A DNA stretch of 64,000 bases. Source: Gammaproteobacteria bacterium (lineage in GTDB: Bacteria; Pseudomonadota; Gammaproteobacteria; Eutrophobiales; Eutrophobiaceae). Within the stretch, counting starts at the first letter, position 1. The number at the start of each line of letters is the position of its first letter. A program made the position numbers and the translations under genes. Under the pieces are notes generated by a model. It was not told where the DNA came from. It ran no database searches and saw only the letters and a program-made list of their open reading frames with translations. The stretch spans positions 32,001 to 96,000 of the forward strand of contig CAXMWX010000011.1 in assembly GCA_963422205.2 (NCBI GenBank). The letters run 5' to 3'. Below are positions 41,379-52,963 of the stretch, piece after piece.

Positions 41379-42158
41379 CTAACGCACGATGCCACGGGAT
41401 GAGGCGGCGATGAAGTCGTGAAAATACTGTATTGCCGGTGAGGTTGCAGTCATGGGCTTGATCCTGGCCAGGGCATCTTTGAGTAATAAGCCCTGCCGGT
41501 AAACACACTTGTAACCCAGCTTGATGTCCTCGATTTTTTCAGCAGAGAAACCATGCCGTCTGAAGCCTTCTTTATTCAGGCCGTTCGGTTTGGCCGTGTT
41601 ACCGGATACCCTCAAATACGGCGGCACATCTTTGATGATGACCGAGGCGATAGCCGAGATCACATAAGCACCGATGCGGCAGAATTGATGCACGCCAGTG
41701 AAGCCGCCCAGGATCACATGATCATCAATCGTAACATGACCGGCCAGCGTGGCATTATTGGCAAACACCGTGTGACTGCCTACCATGCAGTCGTGTGCGA
41801 TATGGACATAGGCCATGATCCAGTTATCATCACCGATCACCGTTTGCCCTCCCCCCCGCTCTGTCCCCCGGTGGATTGTGCAAAACTCACGTATGACATT
41901 GCCAGCACCAATCACCAGACGGGATTCATCATTCGGATGGTACTTCTTGTCCTGCGGATCATCGCCGATAGAAGCAAACTGAAATATCCGGTTATCCTTC
42001 CCGATTCTGGCAGGCCCCTTAATCACGACATGGGATCCAATCTGGCTGCCGGAGGCAATCGCTACATCAGCTCCGATGATTGAATAGGGACCGATGTCCA
42101 CATCCTCATCAATGTCAGCCTTGGGATCAATGATGGCCCTGGCATCAATCACGCTCAC
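41379..42158 (-). CDS. lpxA: UDP-N-acetylglucosamine acyltransferase
   Basis: Hexapeptide repeats, PQDKKY, HIAHDC, LAGHV, VHQFCRIG. Confidence 0.97.
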   Translation of the reverse strand: MSVIDARAIIDPKADIDEDVDIGPYSIIGADVAIASGSQIGSHVVIKGPARIGKDNRIFQFASIGDDPQDKKYHPNDESRLVIGAGNVIREFCTIHRGTERGGGQTVIGDDNWIMAYVHIAHDCMVGSHTVFANNATLAGHVTIDDHVILGGFTGVHQFCRIGAYVISAIASVIIKDVPPYLRVSGNTAKPNGLNKEGFRRHGFSAEKIEDIKLGYKCVYRQGLLLKDALARIKPMTATSPAIQYFHDFIAASSRGIVR

Positions 42159-42598
42159 GGGTCGGCTATCGTGGTCAATAAATCCGTATCAGCAACCCGC
42201 CTGCCATCGACTTCTGCAATACAGGCAAACTTCCAGATATTACGTCTTGCCGTGACGAACCTTGAGGTGATGATAAGCTGATCACCCGGCTCGACGGTCT
42301 TTCTGAAACGGGATTTATCGGCACCGACCAGGTAGTATAATTTTCCTTTCTGCTCGGTATCCGCACCGGAAAGCAAGCCCAACATCGCCGATGCCTGCGC
42401 CATCGCTTCAATAATCAATACCCCGGGCATCACCGGTTTTTCCGGGAAATGTCCCTGAAAAAAAGGCTCATTGGCCGTGATATTTTTCACAGCAATGAGT
42501 TTGTCATTTGCTTTGACCGAGATCACTTTATCAAGTAACAGAAAAGGATACCGATGAGGAAGATAATTTTTTATTTGATGGGTATTGAGCTCAGTCAT
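42155..42598 (-). CDS. fabZ: 3-hydroxyacyl-ACP dehydratase
   Basis: LPHRYPFLL, FQGHFP, MPGVLIIEAMAQ. Confidence 0.97.
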   Translation of the reverse strand: MTELNTHQIKNYLPHRYPFLLLDKVISVKANDKLIAVKNITANEPFFQGHFPEKPVMPGVLIIEAMAQASAMLGLLSGADTEQKGKLYYLVGADKSRFRKTVEPGDQLIITSRFVTARRNIWKFACIAEVDGRRVADTDLLTTIADP

Positions 42599-42606
42599 AG
42601 CGTGGC

Positions 42607-43638
42607 TTAATCCTGTACTTTATGCCCGGTCATGGCCGCTTCAAGCAGGATCAGTTTTCTCGCCAGTTTATCAAGCTGCTTGAAGCGCACAATATTCTTC
42701 CTCCAGAGCGTATTATCAGTCGCCACCAGCCCGGCCGAGTATACCCCGGCGGTTTTGATCGAATTGGACACGCCCGACATACCCGTGATGATGACGTTAT
42801 CGGCGATCTGAATATGACCGCTGATGGCCGAGGCACCGCCAATCATGCAGTATTTGCCGATGCGCGCACTGCCCGCAATACCCACCTGAGCGGCTATGGC
42901 CGTGTGCGCGCCAATGGTCACATTATGACCGATCTGCACCTGATTATCGATCTTGACGCCATCGCCGATTCGGGTATTTTCCAAAGTCCCCCGGTCAATC
43001 GTGGTGTTGGCGCCCACCTCCACATCATCACCCACTATCACAGCCCCTAGCGATGGCAGCTTCAACCAGGCGCCCGCCTCATTTGCCATGCCAAAACCAT
43101 CGGCACCGATGACCGCCCCCGGGTGTATGATAGTGCGCTCGCCGAGCACCACCCCCTGTGCTATGACAACATGGGCAAGCAGGCGGGTAGCCGTGCCAAT
43201 CGTGACATGCGGATCAATACAACAGCCCGGCCCGATATACACCTGGGGGGACAGGCTCACACCGGCCGCCAGGATGCTGCCCGGGCCGATATAACAATCC
43301 TCCGGCACACGGACTGACGGATCAATCACGGCCGCTGGATGCACCCCGGGCGTGAAGTCCGGCCCAGGGGTGAGGTATCTGACCGCTTTGACAAATCCCA
43401 GATAAGGATCGCCGATGACAAGCGCCGCACTGGGGCAATGTGGTGCATCTTGTGCGCTGAGGATGACAGCCGAGGCAGAGGTGCTGGCCAGATGGGGATA
43501 ATACCGCCGGTTGGCTAAAAAGGTTAAGTGGCCTTTTGCGGCATTCTGCAAGGTGGCCACACCTTCTATCAGTAACTCAGCATCACCGATGACTTCTGCT
43601 GTGATTGCCGCTGCAATTTCTCCGAGTGTAGCTGACAT
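42607..43638 (-). CDS. lpxD: UDP-3-O-acylglucosamine N-acyltransferase
   Basis: Hexapeptide repeats, GADGFG, GANTTIDRG, KIDNQVQIGHN. Confidence 0.97.
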   Translation of the reverse strand: MSATLGEIAAAITAEVIGDAELLIEGVATLQNAAKGHLTFLANRRYYPHLASTSASAVILSAQDAPHCPSAALVIGDPYLGFVKAVRYLTPGPDFTPGVHPAAVIDPSVRVPEDCYIGPGSILAAGVSLSPQVYIGPGCCIDPHVTIGTATRLLAHVVIAQGVVLGERTIIHPGAVIGADGFGMANEAGAWLKLPSLGAVIVGDDVEVGANTTIDRGTLENTRIGDGVKIDNQVQIGHNVTIGAHTAIAAQVGIAGSARIGKYCMIGGASAISGHIQIADNVIITGMSGVSNSIKTAGVYSAGLVATDNTLWRKNIVRFKQLDKLARKLILLEAAMTGHKVQD

Positions 43639-43684
43639 AGGCGCACAACATGATTAGATGGAAGTCAAGCAGGAGAGGCGAATA

Positions 43685-44212
43685 CTACTCGCCCCCAGCC
43701 CCTCCACTGCTGGATTTGAGCTGCTCAATCACCAGGTTGGAGATATCGACCTTGGGGCTGGCATAGATCACGCCTTCGTTAAGGATCATGTCGAATTTAT
43801 GTTTTTTTGCGATGGCGTTGATAGCCGTCACGATCTCTTTTTGAATTTTGGTGATCTCTTCGTTGCGGCGAAAGGTCAGATCTTCCCGGAACTCATCCTG
43901 GCTGCGCTTCAGATCACGCCGCTGGTTGATGATGTCTCTCTCCAGCCGGCTTCTCTCCGACTCACTCATAATGGCGGCATCTTTCTGCAATCTGTCTTCG
44001 AGTTCTTTTAATGCCTTCTGGGCGCTCACCAGCTTCCTGTCACGGGGGGCAAACTCTTTCTCTATCAGGCTACGCATCTTTTCAGCCTGTGGTGACTGTT
44101 CCAGTATTCTGATCGCATTCACTGCGCCAATTTTATAATCCTCAGCCGGTGAAATACTGGCCTGTAACAGGAAAAACATGCCCGTGAGCACGGATAAAAA
44201 ATTGATTTTCAA
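43685..44212 (-). CDS. skp: Periplasmic chaperone Skp/OmpH
   Basis: Signal peptide, KIGAVN, coiled coil; TTG start at 44212 after GAGGAG; located between bamA and lpxD. Confidence 0.92.
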   Translation of the reverse strand: MKINFLSVLTGMFFLLQASISPAEDYKIGAVNAIRILEQSPQAEKMRSLIEKEFAPRDRKLVSAQKALKELEDRLQKDAAIMSESERSRLERDIINQRRDLKRSQDEFREDLTFRRNEEITKIQKEIVTAINAIAKKHKFDMILNEGVIYASPKVDISNLVIEQLKSSSGGAGGE

Positions 44213-44237
44213 CGCTCTACTCCTCAAATCAAAATGA

Positions 44238-46550
44238 TTAAAATGATGAACCGAAGGTAAACTGGAACGGTTGGGTCTCATCGCCCAACTGCTCGCCTAT
44301 GGGCCTGGCAATACTGATACTGACCAGCCCGAATGGTGATACCCAGATAGCACTGATACCCGCGGAATGCCGCAAACTGCCAAGACTGAAAGAATCGCCT
44401 TCGCCATACACATTGCCGGTATCAAAAAATGCAGCAAACCTGACCTGCTTGAACTCTCGCAGGAATGGTACTGGAAAAATCAATTCCGCACCACCGATAA
44501 CCCTGATATTACCCCCCAGCGGCCGGCGGAACGAATCCCGTGGCCCCAAGGTATTCTCTTCATAACCCCGCACCGAACGCGGACCGCCGGCATAGAAGTG
44601 TTCGAAAAACGGCAGTCGGTCAGCACCAAACAACCCATCGCCATAGCCGAAATCGCCCTTCAGCGAGAAGATAAAATCACTGAACAGCGGATAGAACCAC
44701 TGCGTCCGGTAGCCTATTTTGAAAAACTCCAGCGAATCGCCAACCGCGGGCAGGGCAAACTCCGCACTGAGCCTGTGCTGTATGCCCCGATCTGGCAGGA
44801 TGGCCCGATTGCGGGTATCGTATGTATAAGCGGCTGTCAATCTGAAAATATCAAATTCGCTGCCTTCCCGGTCAATAAAATCCCTGACCTCTCGGGCAAA
44901 GCGGCCGTCCTCGGACAGCCTGGTATTCTCATACCCCAGAGAGACAAAGACCGAGTTATATTCCGATATGGGAATGCCATAATTGACCGATGCCCCAAGC
45001 ACCCGGCTGTCAAAGGCCGTGACGTTGGCATTAAATGCCCGGGTCTCCTGGTAGTTAAAATTAAACCCCCGGCTGATGCCGTCAGTAGTGTAGTAAGGGT
45101 TCAGATAACCGACCGAAAACCGCCTGTTGACCTCGCTATTGTTGAATGCAAATTGAATCCGCTTGCCTGAGCCTAAAAAGTTATCCTGCGTGATGCTGGT
45201 TTGTATTATCAGGCCCTGGCTTTGCGAGAAACCCAAACCGGCCAGAAAATTGCCAAACGCCCGCTCGCTGACGGTGTAGTTGACATCCACCAGATCAGCC
45301 GAGCCGGGCACGGCGGGTGTTTCCACATCCACCTCTTCGAAATACCCCAATCTTTGCAGCCTGATCTTGCCGCGCTCTACCTGCGGTGTGGCTATCCAGC
45401 CGCTTTCCTGTTGGCGCATCTCGCGCCGTAACACCTCATCACGGGTACGTTTATTCCCGGAAAAATTCACCCGGCGCACATACACCCGCTTGCCCGGATC
45501 AACAAAGAAGGTCAATGTCACTGTCTTCTCCTCCTCATTGATATCAGGAATGGAATTGACGTTCGCAAACGCATAGCCCTCATTGCCCAGCCGATCGGTC
45601 ATCCAAGTGCTGCTGTCGGTGATCTGCTTGCGGGAGAACAGGCTGCCCTGCCTGACGCTGACCAGCCTGAACAAGTCCTCTTCCGGGACGATAAGCTCAC
45701 CGGCGAGCCGGACTGCAGCGATGGTGTACTGCTCGCCCTCGGTAATATTTATCGTGACATAAATGTCTTTTTTATCGGGCGTAATAGAGACCTGGGTGGA
45801 ATCAATGCTGAAATTAATAAACCCGTTATCCAGATAAAACGACCGCAGGGTTTCAAGATCGCCGGACAGTTTTTGCCGTGAGTATTGATCCTTCTTGGAG
45901 AAAAACGAGAATAAGGTCGGCCCGGATAATTCAAAATCTTTCAACAGACGTTTTTCGGGATAGGCTTTATTGCCGACGATGTTTATCTGTTTGATCTTTG
46001 CCGCTTTGCCCTCAGAGACCTCGATAAAAACAGACACCCGATTATTCGCCAGCGGCGTGATTTCTGATGTTATCTTGACCGCATACTTGCCCGCCGAGAA
46101 ATACTGCCTTTGCAATTCTCGCTCCAGCCGGTCAAGCTGGGATTGATCGAACACTCGGCCGACAGCAAAGCCCACCTGCTTCAGCCCGTCCAGCAGGTCA
46201 TCGGTTTTGATGTCCTTATTGCCGGTGATTTCAATCCCGCCGATGGCCGCACGCTCTTTCAGCACAACCACCAGGATATTGCCATCCCGCTCCAGCCGAA
46301 CATCATCAAAAAACCCGGTCTTGAACAAGGCGCTGACCGATTCTGTGGATAATTTATCGGAAAACCTGTCCCCGACTTCAACCGGCAGGTAGTTAAATAC
46401 GGTGCCGGGCGTTAGCCTCTGCAAGCCCTCCACACGGATGTCTTCGATAATAAATCCCTGAACAGAGCCTTGATCTGCAAATGACGGCAATGCCGATGAG
46501 AGGAGAAGTATATAGAGTGACTTATGAAGAATGCGTTTTAAGCTCGTCAT
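44238..46550 (-). CDS. bamA: Outer membrane protein assembly factor BamA
   Basis: POTRA repeats (IRVEGLQR, TRDEVLRRE), FYAGG..SVRGY, terminal Phe. Confidence 0.97.
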   Translation of the reverse strand: MTSLKRILHKSLYILLLSSALPSFADQGSVQGFIIEDIRVEGLQRLTPGTVFNYLPVEVGDRFSDKLSTESVSALFKTGFFDDVRLERDGNILVVVLKERAAIGGIEITGNKDIKTDDLLDGLKQVGFAVGRVFDQSQLDRLERELQRQYFSAGKYAVKITSEITPLANNRVSVFIEVSEGKAAKIKQINIVGNKAYPEKRLLKDFELSGPTLFSFFSKKDQYSRQKLSGDLETLRSFYLDNGFINFSIDSTQVSITPDKKDIYVTINITEGEQYTIAAVRLAGELIVPEEDLFRLVSVRQGSLFSRKQITDSSTWMTDRLGNEGYAFANVNSIPDINEEEKTVTLTFFVDPGKRVYVRRVNFSGNKRTRDEVLRREMRQQESGWIATPQVERGKIRLQRLGYFEEVDVETPAVPGSADLVDVNYTVSERAFGNFLAGLGFSQSQGLIIQTSITQDNFLGSGKRIQFAFNNSEVNRRFSVGYLNPYYTTDGISRGFNFNYQETRAFNANVTAFDSRVLGASVNYGIPISEYNSVFVSLGYENTRLSEDGRFAREVRDFIDREGSEFDIFRLTAAYTYDTRNRAILPDRGIQHRLSAEFALPAVGDSLEFFKIGYRTQWFYPLFSDFIFSLKGDFGYGDGLFGADRLPFFEHFYAGGPRSVRGYEENTLGPRDSFRRPLGGNIRVIGGAELIFPVPFLREFKQVRFAAFFDTGNVYGEGDSFSLGSLRHSAGISAIWVSPFGLVSISIARPIGEQLGDETQPFQFTFGSSF

Positions 46551-46576
46551 TATAATGCAATTATAGCTGATTTTCT

Positions 46577-47953
46577 TTATTCAACCAAGCGCAAAATGTC
46601 ATTATAAAATGCCAGGCTCATCAAGCCGAACAACACCACGATGCCGACCTGCTGTCCGATCAACTGCACATCATCTGAGACCGGGCTGCCTTTGACAAAC
46701 TCAATCGCATAGTAAAACAAATGCCCGCCATCCAGGAGCGGAATGGGCAGCAGGTTCAACACGCCCAGGCCGATGCTGATGATGGCGAGAAAACCAAGGA
46801 AGGCAACCAGCCCAAGCTGGGCGGTTTTACCGGCATAGTGTGCGATGCTGATCGGCCCGCTCAAATTTTTAACCGAGGCCTGGCCGGTCAGTATCTTGCC
46901 TAAAATTCGCAGCGTCATCATCGACATCTCACCGGTCTTGACCACCCCCCGCTTCAGCGCCGGCAACAGGGCATAAGACTCGGTCGCCACCAGGCTGGCA
47001 TCCAGCGTGAATGGCGCAGGAGCAACACCGGCAAAGCCCTTGACTGCCCCATTCTCCAGCCGCCGCTCAGCCGGCGTGATCGTGATATCGAGATACGCCT
47101 GATCGCGTTTGATCGTCATGGCAACTGGCTGCCTGGCCGCCCCTTGAATCACCTCGACAAACTCCGCCCAGTCGCCAACAGGACGACCGGCGACCGCCAC
47201 AATCTCATCACCCGGCTGCAAGCCCGCAGCCTCAGCCGCCTGACCGGGCACCAGTTTGCCGATGATGGCCGGAACCGGCGCTCGCAGCGGTTGCAGACCA
47301 AGGCGGCCTAACAGATCACCGTCCGCCATGGCATCAATGCTGATCTGGCTTAATGCAAGCGAAGCCTGTCGGCTCACCCCCCCCACGCTCCGTGCATCCT
47401 GCAATTCAAGCTCGACCGGCGCGCCGGCGATGATCTTGCCGATGAGTATGTCAACCACACTGTTCCAGGTGGCGGTTTTAACGCCGTCAATGCCGATGAT
47501 CTGCTCACCGGCGATGATACCGGCCGCCGCTGCTGGCGTATTCCCTGGCACAGCACCGATGATCGGCTTCATGCCGGTCACACCGAGCATAAAGGCCAGC
47601 CAGTACGCCACGATTGCAAAGATGAAGTTGAACAGAGGCCCGGCCGAGACAATAGCCACTCGCTGGGCCAAGGATTTGTTATTGAATGCCCGGGGTAACT
47701 CATCGGCATCCACAGACCCCTCTCGCTCATCCAGCATCTTGACATACCCGCCCAGAGGGATGGCGGCCAGGACAAATTCGGTGTTATCAGGGCCGGAGAC
47801 CCTGCGCCACAGCGGCCTGCCAAAGCCGATTGAGAACCGCAGAATTTTTACCCCGCATCTCTTTGCAACCCAGTAATGGCCGAACTCATGGAAGGTGATC
47901 AACACCCCCAGGGCAACCGTAAATGCCAGGATACTTTGCAAAATATCACCCAT
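46577..47953 (-). CDS. rseP: Intramembrane metalloprotease RseP
   Basis: HEFGH, two PDZ domains, [11 protein letters not shown]. Start at ATG 47953 (MGDILQS). Confidence 0.96.
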   Translation of the reverse strand: MGDILQSILAFTVALGVLITFHEFGHYWVAKRCGVKILRFSIGFGRPLWRRVSGPDNTEFVLAAIPLGGYVKMLDEREGSVDADELPRAFNNKSLAQRVAIVSAGPLFNFIFAIVAYWLAFMLGVTGMKPIIGAVPGNTPAAAAGIIAGEQIIGIDGVKTATWNSVVDILIGKIIAGAPVELELQDARSVGGVSRQASLALSQISIDAMADGDLLGRLGLQPLRAPVPAIIGKLVPGQAAEAAGLQPGDEIVAVAGRPVGDWAEFVEVIQGAARQPVAMTIKRDQAYLDITITPAERRLENGAVKGFAGVAPAPFTLDASLVATESYALLPALKRGVVKTGEMSMMTLRILGKILTGQASVKNLSGPISIAHYAGKTAQLGLVAFLGFLAIISIGLGVLNLLPIPLLDGGHLFYYAIEFVKGSPVSDDVQLIGQQVGIVVLFGLMSLAFYNDILRLVE

Positions 47954-49127
47954 GGCTGTACTCCCCGACCCGCTGTTTGGCATAGTCACGTGCGGCCGCA
48001 TCAGCCGCCAGCACACCTGCCAGTGAATCCGCCTCGCTGCTTTGCACGGCCTCCAGGGTGCGCTCAACCAGCACCGGAATATCGGTAAATTTAAGGTGAT
48101 TTTCCAGGAAATGCTGCACCGCCACTTCATTGGCGGCGTTCAATATCGCAGTGGCTGTACCGCCGGCATTCATGGCCTGCCTTGCCAGATCAAGACAAGG
48201 GAAGCGGTTGGGATCAACCTGCTCAAAATCCAGCCGCCCAACGGCAGGCAATGCCAGCCCGCTCACCCCCGATGTCATCCTCGCCGGCCAGGCCAAGGCG
48301 TATGCTATCGGTGTACGCATATCCGGGTTACCCAACTGTGCCAGGACCGAACCATCGGCATACTCTACCAGAGAATGCACCAGGCTTTGCGGATGAATAA
48401 CCACTTCGATGTGTTCTGTGCTGGTGTTGAACAACCAGCAGGCTTCTATTAACTCCAGCCCCTTGTTCATCATCGTTGCCGAATCAACGGATATTTTTCT
48501 GCCCATCTCCCAGTTAGGATGGGCGCAGGCCTCAGCCGGCGTTACCGTCCCCAACTCGGCCACCGGCCGGCATCTGAATGGCCCACCGGAGGCCGTCAGC
48601 ACGATGCGTCTGACACCATTTTGCTGCAAATTGCCCGAAAAATCAGGCGGCAGACATTGAAAAATCGCATTATGTTCACTGTCTATCGGCAGCAACTCGG
48701 CCTGATTCTCCTTAACGGCATCCATGAACAGCCTGCCGGACATCACCAGTGCCTCTTTGTTAGCCAGCAACACCCGTTTACCCGCCTTGACAGCCGCCAG
48801 CGTGGGCAACAAACCCGCCGCCCCGACAATGGCGGCCATCACATAATCCGATGCGGCATGAATCGCCACCTGTTCCAACCCCTCCCGACCGGCCAGCACC
48901 TCAACATTGACCGCCGCCGCAAGGCGTTGCTGTAGCCTCTCGGCACAGTCTGCATCGGCCATGACCGCCATCCTCGGCTGCCATTGAAGACACTGCTGAT
49001 ACAGGCCCTCGACATTGGTGTTGGCCGTCAGGGCGATCACATCAAATCGCTCCGGGTGTCTGGCGATAACGTCCAGCGTGCTGCGGCCAATACTGCCCGT
49101 AGCGCCTAAAATGGTGACCCCGGTCAT
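47946..49127 (-). CDS. dxr: 1-deoxy-D-xylulose 5-phosphate reductoisomerase
   Basis: [44 protein letters not shown]. Confidence 0.97.
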   Translation of the reverse strand: MTGVTILGATGSIGRSTLDVIARHPERFDVIALTANTNVEGLYQQCLQWQPRMAVMADADCAERLQQRLAAAVNVEVLAGREGLEQVAIHAASDYVMAAIVGAAGLLPTLAAVKAGKRVLLANKEALVMSGRLFMDAVKENQAELLPIDSEHNAIFQCLPPDFSGNLQQNGVRRIVLTASGGPFRCRPVAELGTVTPAEACAHPNWEMGRKISVDSATMMNKGLELIEACWLFNTSTEHIEVVIHPQSLVHSLVEYADGSVLAQLGNPDMRTPIAYALAWPARMTSGVSGLALPAVGRLDFEQVDPNRFPCLDLARQAMNAGGTATAILNAANEVAVQHFLENHLKFTDIPVLVERTLEAVQSSEADSLAGVLAADAAARDYAKQRVGEYSHG

Positions 49128-49939
49128 CAGGTATAACCTATTAACATTAACCAGGCCCCGCAAAAAAACACCGGGGCGGCGGCCAGCAGGCTGTCCAGCC
49201 GGTCAAGCAGACCCCCATGCCCGGGCAACAGGCGGCCACTGTCCTTGATGCCGGCATGGCGCTTGAGCAGGCTGACTGTCAAGTCGCCGACAACCGACAT
49301 GCCGGTGGTGATGAGCGTGAGCATGAGCAATAGCAGCAGTTGCTGTCTTTCCAGATGCAGATAGCCGCCGCAGGCCAGGGCCAGGATGGTGGTCATGACC
49401 AGCGAACCATACACCCCTTCCCGGGTCTTCCCCGGGCTGATCCTGCTGGCCAGTGCCCGCTTCCCCCATCGCCTGCCACAAAAATACGCCGCAATGTCCG
49501 CCGTCCACACCACCAGCAGCAGATATAACAGGATGGTAGGCCAAACCGCATGTAATAACACCAGACTGAGCCAGGCGGCGTGTAACAGGATCAAACCCGC
49601 CAGCAGCTGCACCGCCCGCCGGCCTAAAAACCGCCGCCATGGTGCCGGAAAAGCCAACCCAATCGTAGCCGCCAGCCAGAAGCCCACCGCCGCCAGCACG
49701 ATGGGCTTTCGTATCTCCATGACAGGTAATAAACTGGCCAGCATCAGCAGCAGCAATGTACATAGATAGGCACTTTTTTTATATCCATCGTGCAACCCAA
49801 TCAAGCCCTGCCATTCCCACAGGGCCAGTAGCATAATCAGGCCGGCAGCAACGGCAAAGACCGGCAAGGGGGCATACAGCACGGTCAGCACCGTGACCGG
49901 CATCAACACCATGGCTGTTAGCACCCGTTGCCTTAGCAT
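49127..49939 (-). CDS. cdsA: Phosphatidate cytidylyltransferase
   Basis: [39 protein letters not shown]. Confidence 0.96.
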   Translation of the reverse strand: MLRQRVLTAMVLMPVTVLTVLYAPLPVFAVAAGLIMLLALWEWQGLIGLHDGYKKSAYLCTLLLLMLASLLPVMEIRKPIVLAAVGFWLAATIGLAFPAPWRRFLGRRAVQLLAGLILLHAAWLSLVLLHAVWPTILLYLLLVVWTADIAAYFCGRRWGKRALASRISPGKTREGVYGSLVMTTILALACGGYLHLERQQLLLLLMLTLITTGMSVVGDLTVSLLKRHAGIKDSGRLLPGHGGLLDRLDSLLAAAPVFFCGAWLMLIGYT

Positions 49940-49946
49940 ACCCTCA

Positions 49947-50684
49947 TCATCCCTGCTTGCACAGGCGGCCAAAGCGCCTGTTCCGACCGGCATACCAGGC
50001 CAATGCCTTATCCAGCGCCTGCTCGTTGAAATCCGGCCAGAACAGATCGGTAAAATACAATTCGCTGTACGCTAACTGCCAGAGCAGGAAGTTACTGATC
50101 CGCTGCTCGCCGCCGGTTCGGATGAACAGATCGGGAGCACGGGTGAAGCGGTTTTTTATCCGACTATCTATCAGCATCTCCGTGATGGCGTCCGGTTGCA
50201 GGCCGCCCGTGTGAACCTCCTCGGCAAGCTCCCGGCAAATGCGACTGATCTCCCAGCGACCGCCGTAATTCACCGCAACAACAAGATGCAGCCCGTCATT
50301 ATTTTTTGTCTTATTCTCGGCGGCAGCAATCGATTGTTGCAGCTTGTCGGGGAAGGCGGCGGTATCGCCGATAAAGCCCAGATGCACGTTGTTATCATCC
50401 AGACGATCGACCTCCTCATCCAGCGCGGTCAGAAACAAGCCCAGCAGAAAATCCACTTCCGTGCTGGGTCTTTGCCAGTTCTCCCGGCTGAAGGCATAGA
50501 CTGTCAGGGTGGCAATCTCCTTTTTCACGCAGTGCATCACGGTATCGCGCAAGGCCGTGACCCCGGCCTTATGCCCCACCGATCGTGGCAACCCTTTGGC
50601 TTTGGCCCAGCGACCATTGCCGTCCATGATAATGGCAATGTGGCCGGGACGTGGCTGCCCGCCCGTGTGATTTACACCATCCAC
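49947..50684 (-). CDS. uppS: Undecaprenyl diphosphate synthase
   Basis: HIAIIMDGNGRWA, AFSRENWQRP, IRTGGEQRISNFLLWQ. Start uncertain. Confidence 0.95.
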   Translation of the reverse strand: MDGVNHTGGQPRPGHIAIIMDGNGRWAKAKGLPRSVGHKAGVTALRDTVMHCVKKEIATLTVYAFSRENWQRPSTEVDFLLGLFLTALDEEVDRLDDNNVHLGFIGDTAAFPDKLQQSIAAAENKTKNNDGLHLVVAVNYGGRWEISRICRELAEEVHTGGLQPDAITEMLIDSRIKNRFTRAPDLFIRTGGEQRISNFLLWQLAYSELYFTDLFWPDFNEQALDKALAWYAGRNRRFGRLCKQG

Positions 50685-50742
50685 AGTATGCTGTCTGTAC
50701 ACGCTGCTGCCGTACTGCGCCGCCGTTTGCCAACCGACCGGC

Positions 50743-51300
50743 TCAAATCTCCATGAGCTCTTTTTCTTTATCCGCCAGAATCTGCTCCACGGCTTTGATG
50801 CGTGCATCCGTGATGGCCTGGATCTGCTCTTCGTTGCGGCGTGCATCATCCTCGGTCATCCGCTTCGCCTTGATCTCTTCCTTCAAATGGCTGTTGGCAT
50901 CACGGCGTATATTCCTGATGGCCACCCTGGCCTTCTCGGCCTCAGCACGCACGATTCGGGTCAACGCTTTCCTTCGCTCTTCGGTAAGCGGCGGTAAGGG
51001 GATTCGGATACTCTCGCCCGACGTCACCGGGTTGAAGCCCAGATCAGCATGTAAAATCGCCTTCTCAATCGCTGGGATCATGCTTTTATCCCACGGGCTG
51101 ATGCTGAGCGTACGGGCATCTGCCGCATGAATATTGGCCGCCTGATTGAGCGGTACATCGCTGCCGTAATAGTTCACCTGAACTGATTCCAGCAAGGCCG
51201 GATGAGCGCGTCCGGTACGCACCCTGGCTAATTCCGCCCGCAATGAATCAATCGATTTTCCCATTCGCCGGTCGGCATCATCAATCACATCCCGGGACAT
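50743..51300 (-). CDS. frr: Ribosome recycling factor
   Basis: RTGRAHP, PPLTEERR, AIRNIRRDAN, KEKELMEI. Confidence 0.97.
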   Translation of the reverse strand: MSRDVIDDADRRMGKSIDSLRAELARVRTGRAHPALLESVQVNYYGSDVPLNQAANIHAADARTLSISPWDKSMIPAIEKAILHADLGFNPVTSGESIRIPLPPLTEERRKALTRIVRAEAEKARVAIRNIRRDANSHLKEEIKAKRMTEDDARRNEEQIQAITDARIKAVEQILADKEKELMEI

Positions 51301-51313
51301 CTCATCATCTCCT

Positions 51314-52039
51314 TTACGCATTCACCAGCGTACCCTCATCATAACCGAGGGCAACCCGCAGCAAGGCGCCCGGCTGCATCATGTCCAGCACCCGGAGCGG
51401 CATCTGATTATCACGACACAAGACAACGGCTGTGGTATCCATCACCGCCAGTTTTCTTTCAATCACCTCATCATAGCCCAGCTTCTCATAACGCCTGGCG
51501 TACGGATCGCTGATCGGATCAGAGGAGTATATGCCATCCACCTTGGTGGCCTTGATCAACACTTCCGCATTGATCTCCACAGCACGCAGGCTGGCGGCAG
51601 AGTCCGTGGTAAAAAACGGATTACCGGTGCCGGCGGCAAATATCACCACCCGGCCTTTTTCCAGGTGCCGGACAGCCCGCCGGCGGATATAATCTTCGCA
51701 GATCTCGTTCACCTTGATGGCCGACATCACCCGGGCAAAAGCACCGCATTGCTCCAGGGCATCCTGCAGGGCCAGGGCGTTCATGATGGTGCCCAGCATA
51801 CCGATATGATCTGCCGTGACCCGCTCAACCCCGGCCGCCGCCAGGCCGGTGCCACGAAAGAAATTGCCCGCCCCGATGACCAGGGCGACTTCGGCGCCCT
51901 GTTTGTTCAGGTTGTATATCTCGCTGGCCAGGCGCTTGATCACAGCTGGCTCTATGCCAAACTCCGCCTCATCCACCAGGGCCTCGCCGCTCAGCTTAAT
52001 CAGGATGCGTTTGTATTGTAATGCCGGCTGTTCTGACAA
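51314..52039 (-). CDS. pyrH: UMP kinase
   Basis: [31 protein letters not shown]. Confidence 0.97.
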   Translation of the reverse strand: MSEQPALQYKRILIKLSGEALVDEAEFGIEPAVIKRLASEIYNLNKQGAEVALVIGAGNFFRGTGLAAAGVERVTADHIGMLGTIMNALALQDALEQCGAFARVMSAIKVNEICEDYIRRRAVRHLEKGRVVIFAAGTGNPFFTTDSAASLRAVEINAEVLIKATKVDGIYSSDPISDPYARRYEKLGYDEVIERKLAVMDTTAVVLCRDNQMPLRVLDMMQPGALLRVALGYDEGTLVNA

Positions 52040-52050
52040 GGCCCTGCCTC

Positions 52051-52953
52051 TTAGCTAATCCCGGCCTGCTGCATGACCTGTTCGGCAAAATTCTCTTCCC
52101 GCCTCTCAAGGCCCTCGCCCACTTCAAATCGGGTAAACGATGTTACGCCGGCGGCATGGCGTTGCAGCAACTCGGCGATGCGAATATCCGGGTCTTTGAC
52201 AAAGGGCTGGCCTGACAAGGTGATCTCCCCGATAAATTTATTAAGACGCCCGGCCACCATTTTTTCAATAATCGCCGCTGGCTTGCCGGATTCTGTCGCC
52301 TGTGCTGTCAGTATCTCCCGCTCTTTCGCCAACAAGGCCGCCGGCACATCGTCTGCTGTCAGGTACAAGGGCCTGCTGGCGGCAATGTGCATGGCCAGGT
52401 CTTTTGCCAACTCCGCATTGTCTGTCGTCAACTCAACCACCACCCCGATACGCCCGGCATGAAGATACGTGCCGAGCACACCGGAGGACGCTGCGCTCAT
52501 CACAGCAAAGCGCCGAATGCTGATGTTCTCACCCACCCGGGCCACCAGCACCTGCCGGGTTTGCTCGATGGTTTTATCTATCTCCTCATCCGGGGCAGTG
52601 ACCACGGCCAGGGCGGACAGGGCTGTCGGATCAGCCGGGGATTCGGCCATGATGGTGGCGGCCACCTGCTCAACAAAGGTACGGAAGTGATCATCGTTTG
52701 CGACAAAATCGGTCTCGGAGTTCACCTCCAGCAGCAGGGCCCGGCGGCCACCCTCAGCCACTTTCAAGGCAATAACCCCTTCGGCGGCCAGCCGCCCGGC
52801 TTTCTTTGCCGCCCTGGCAGTGCCGGATTTTCTCATCGCCTCAATGGCCGCCTCAATATCGCCATCGGTCTCCTGCAAGGCGTTTTTGCAATCCATCATG
52901 CCGGCGCCCGTGCGCTCCCGTAGCACCTTGACCAGGGCCGCACTTATTGCCAT
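52051..52953 (-). CDS. tsf: Elongation factor Ts
   Basis: [35 protein letters not shown]. Confidence 0.98.
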   Translation of the reverse strand: MAISAALVKVLRERTGAGMMDCKNALQETDGDIEAAIEAMRKSGTARAAKKAGRLAAEGVIALKVAEGGRRALLLEVNSETDFVANDDHFRTFVEQVAATIMAESPADPTALSALAVVTAPDEEIDKTIEQTRQVLVARVGENISIRRFAVMSAASSGVLGTYLHAGRIGVVVELTTDNAELAKDLAMHIAASRPLYLTADDVPAALLAKEREILTAQATESGKPAAIIEKMVAGRLNKFIGEITLSGQPFVKDPDIRIAELLQRHAAGVTSFTRFEVGEGLERREENFAEQVMQQAGIS

Positions 52954-52963
52954 GGTTCTCTCC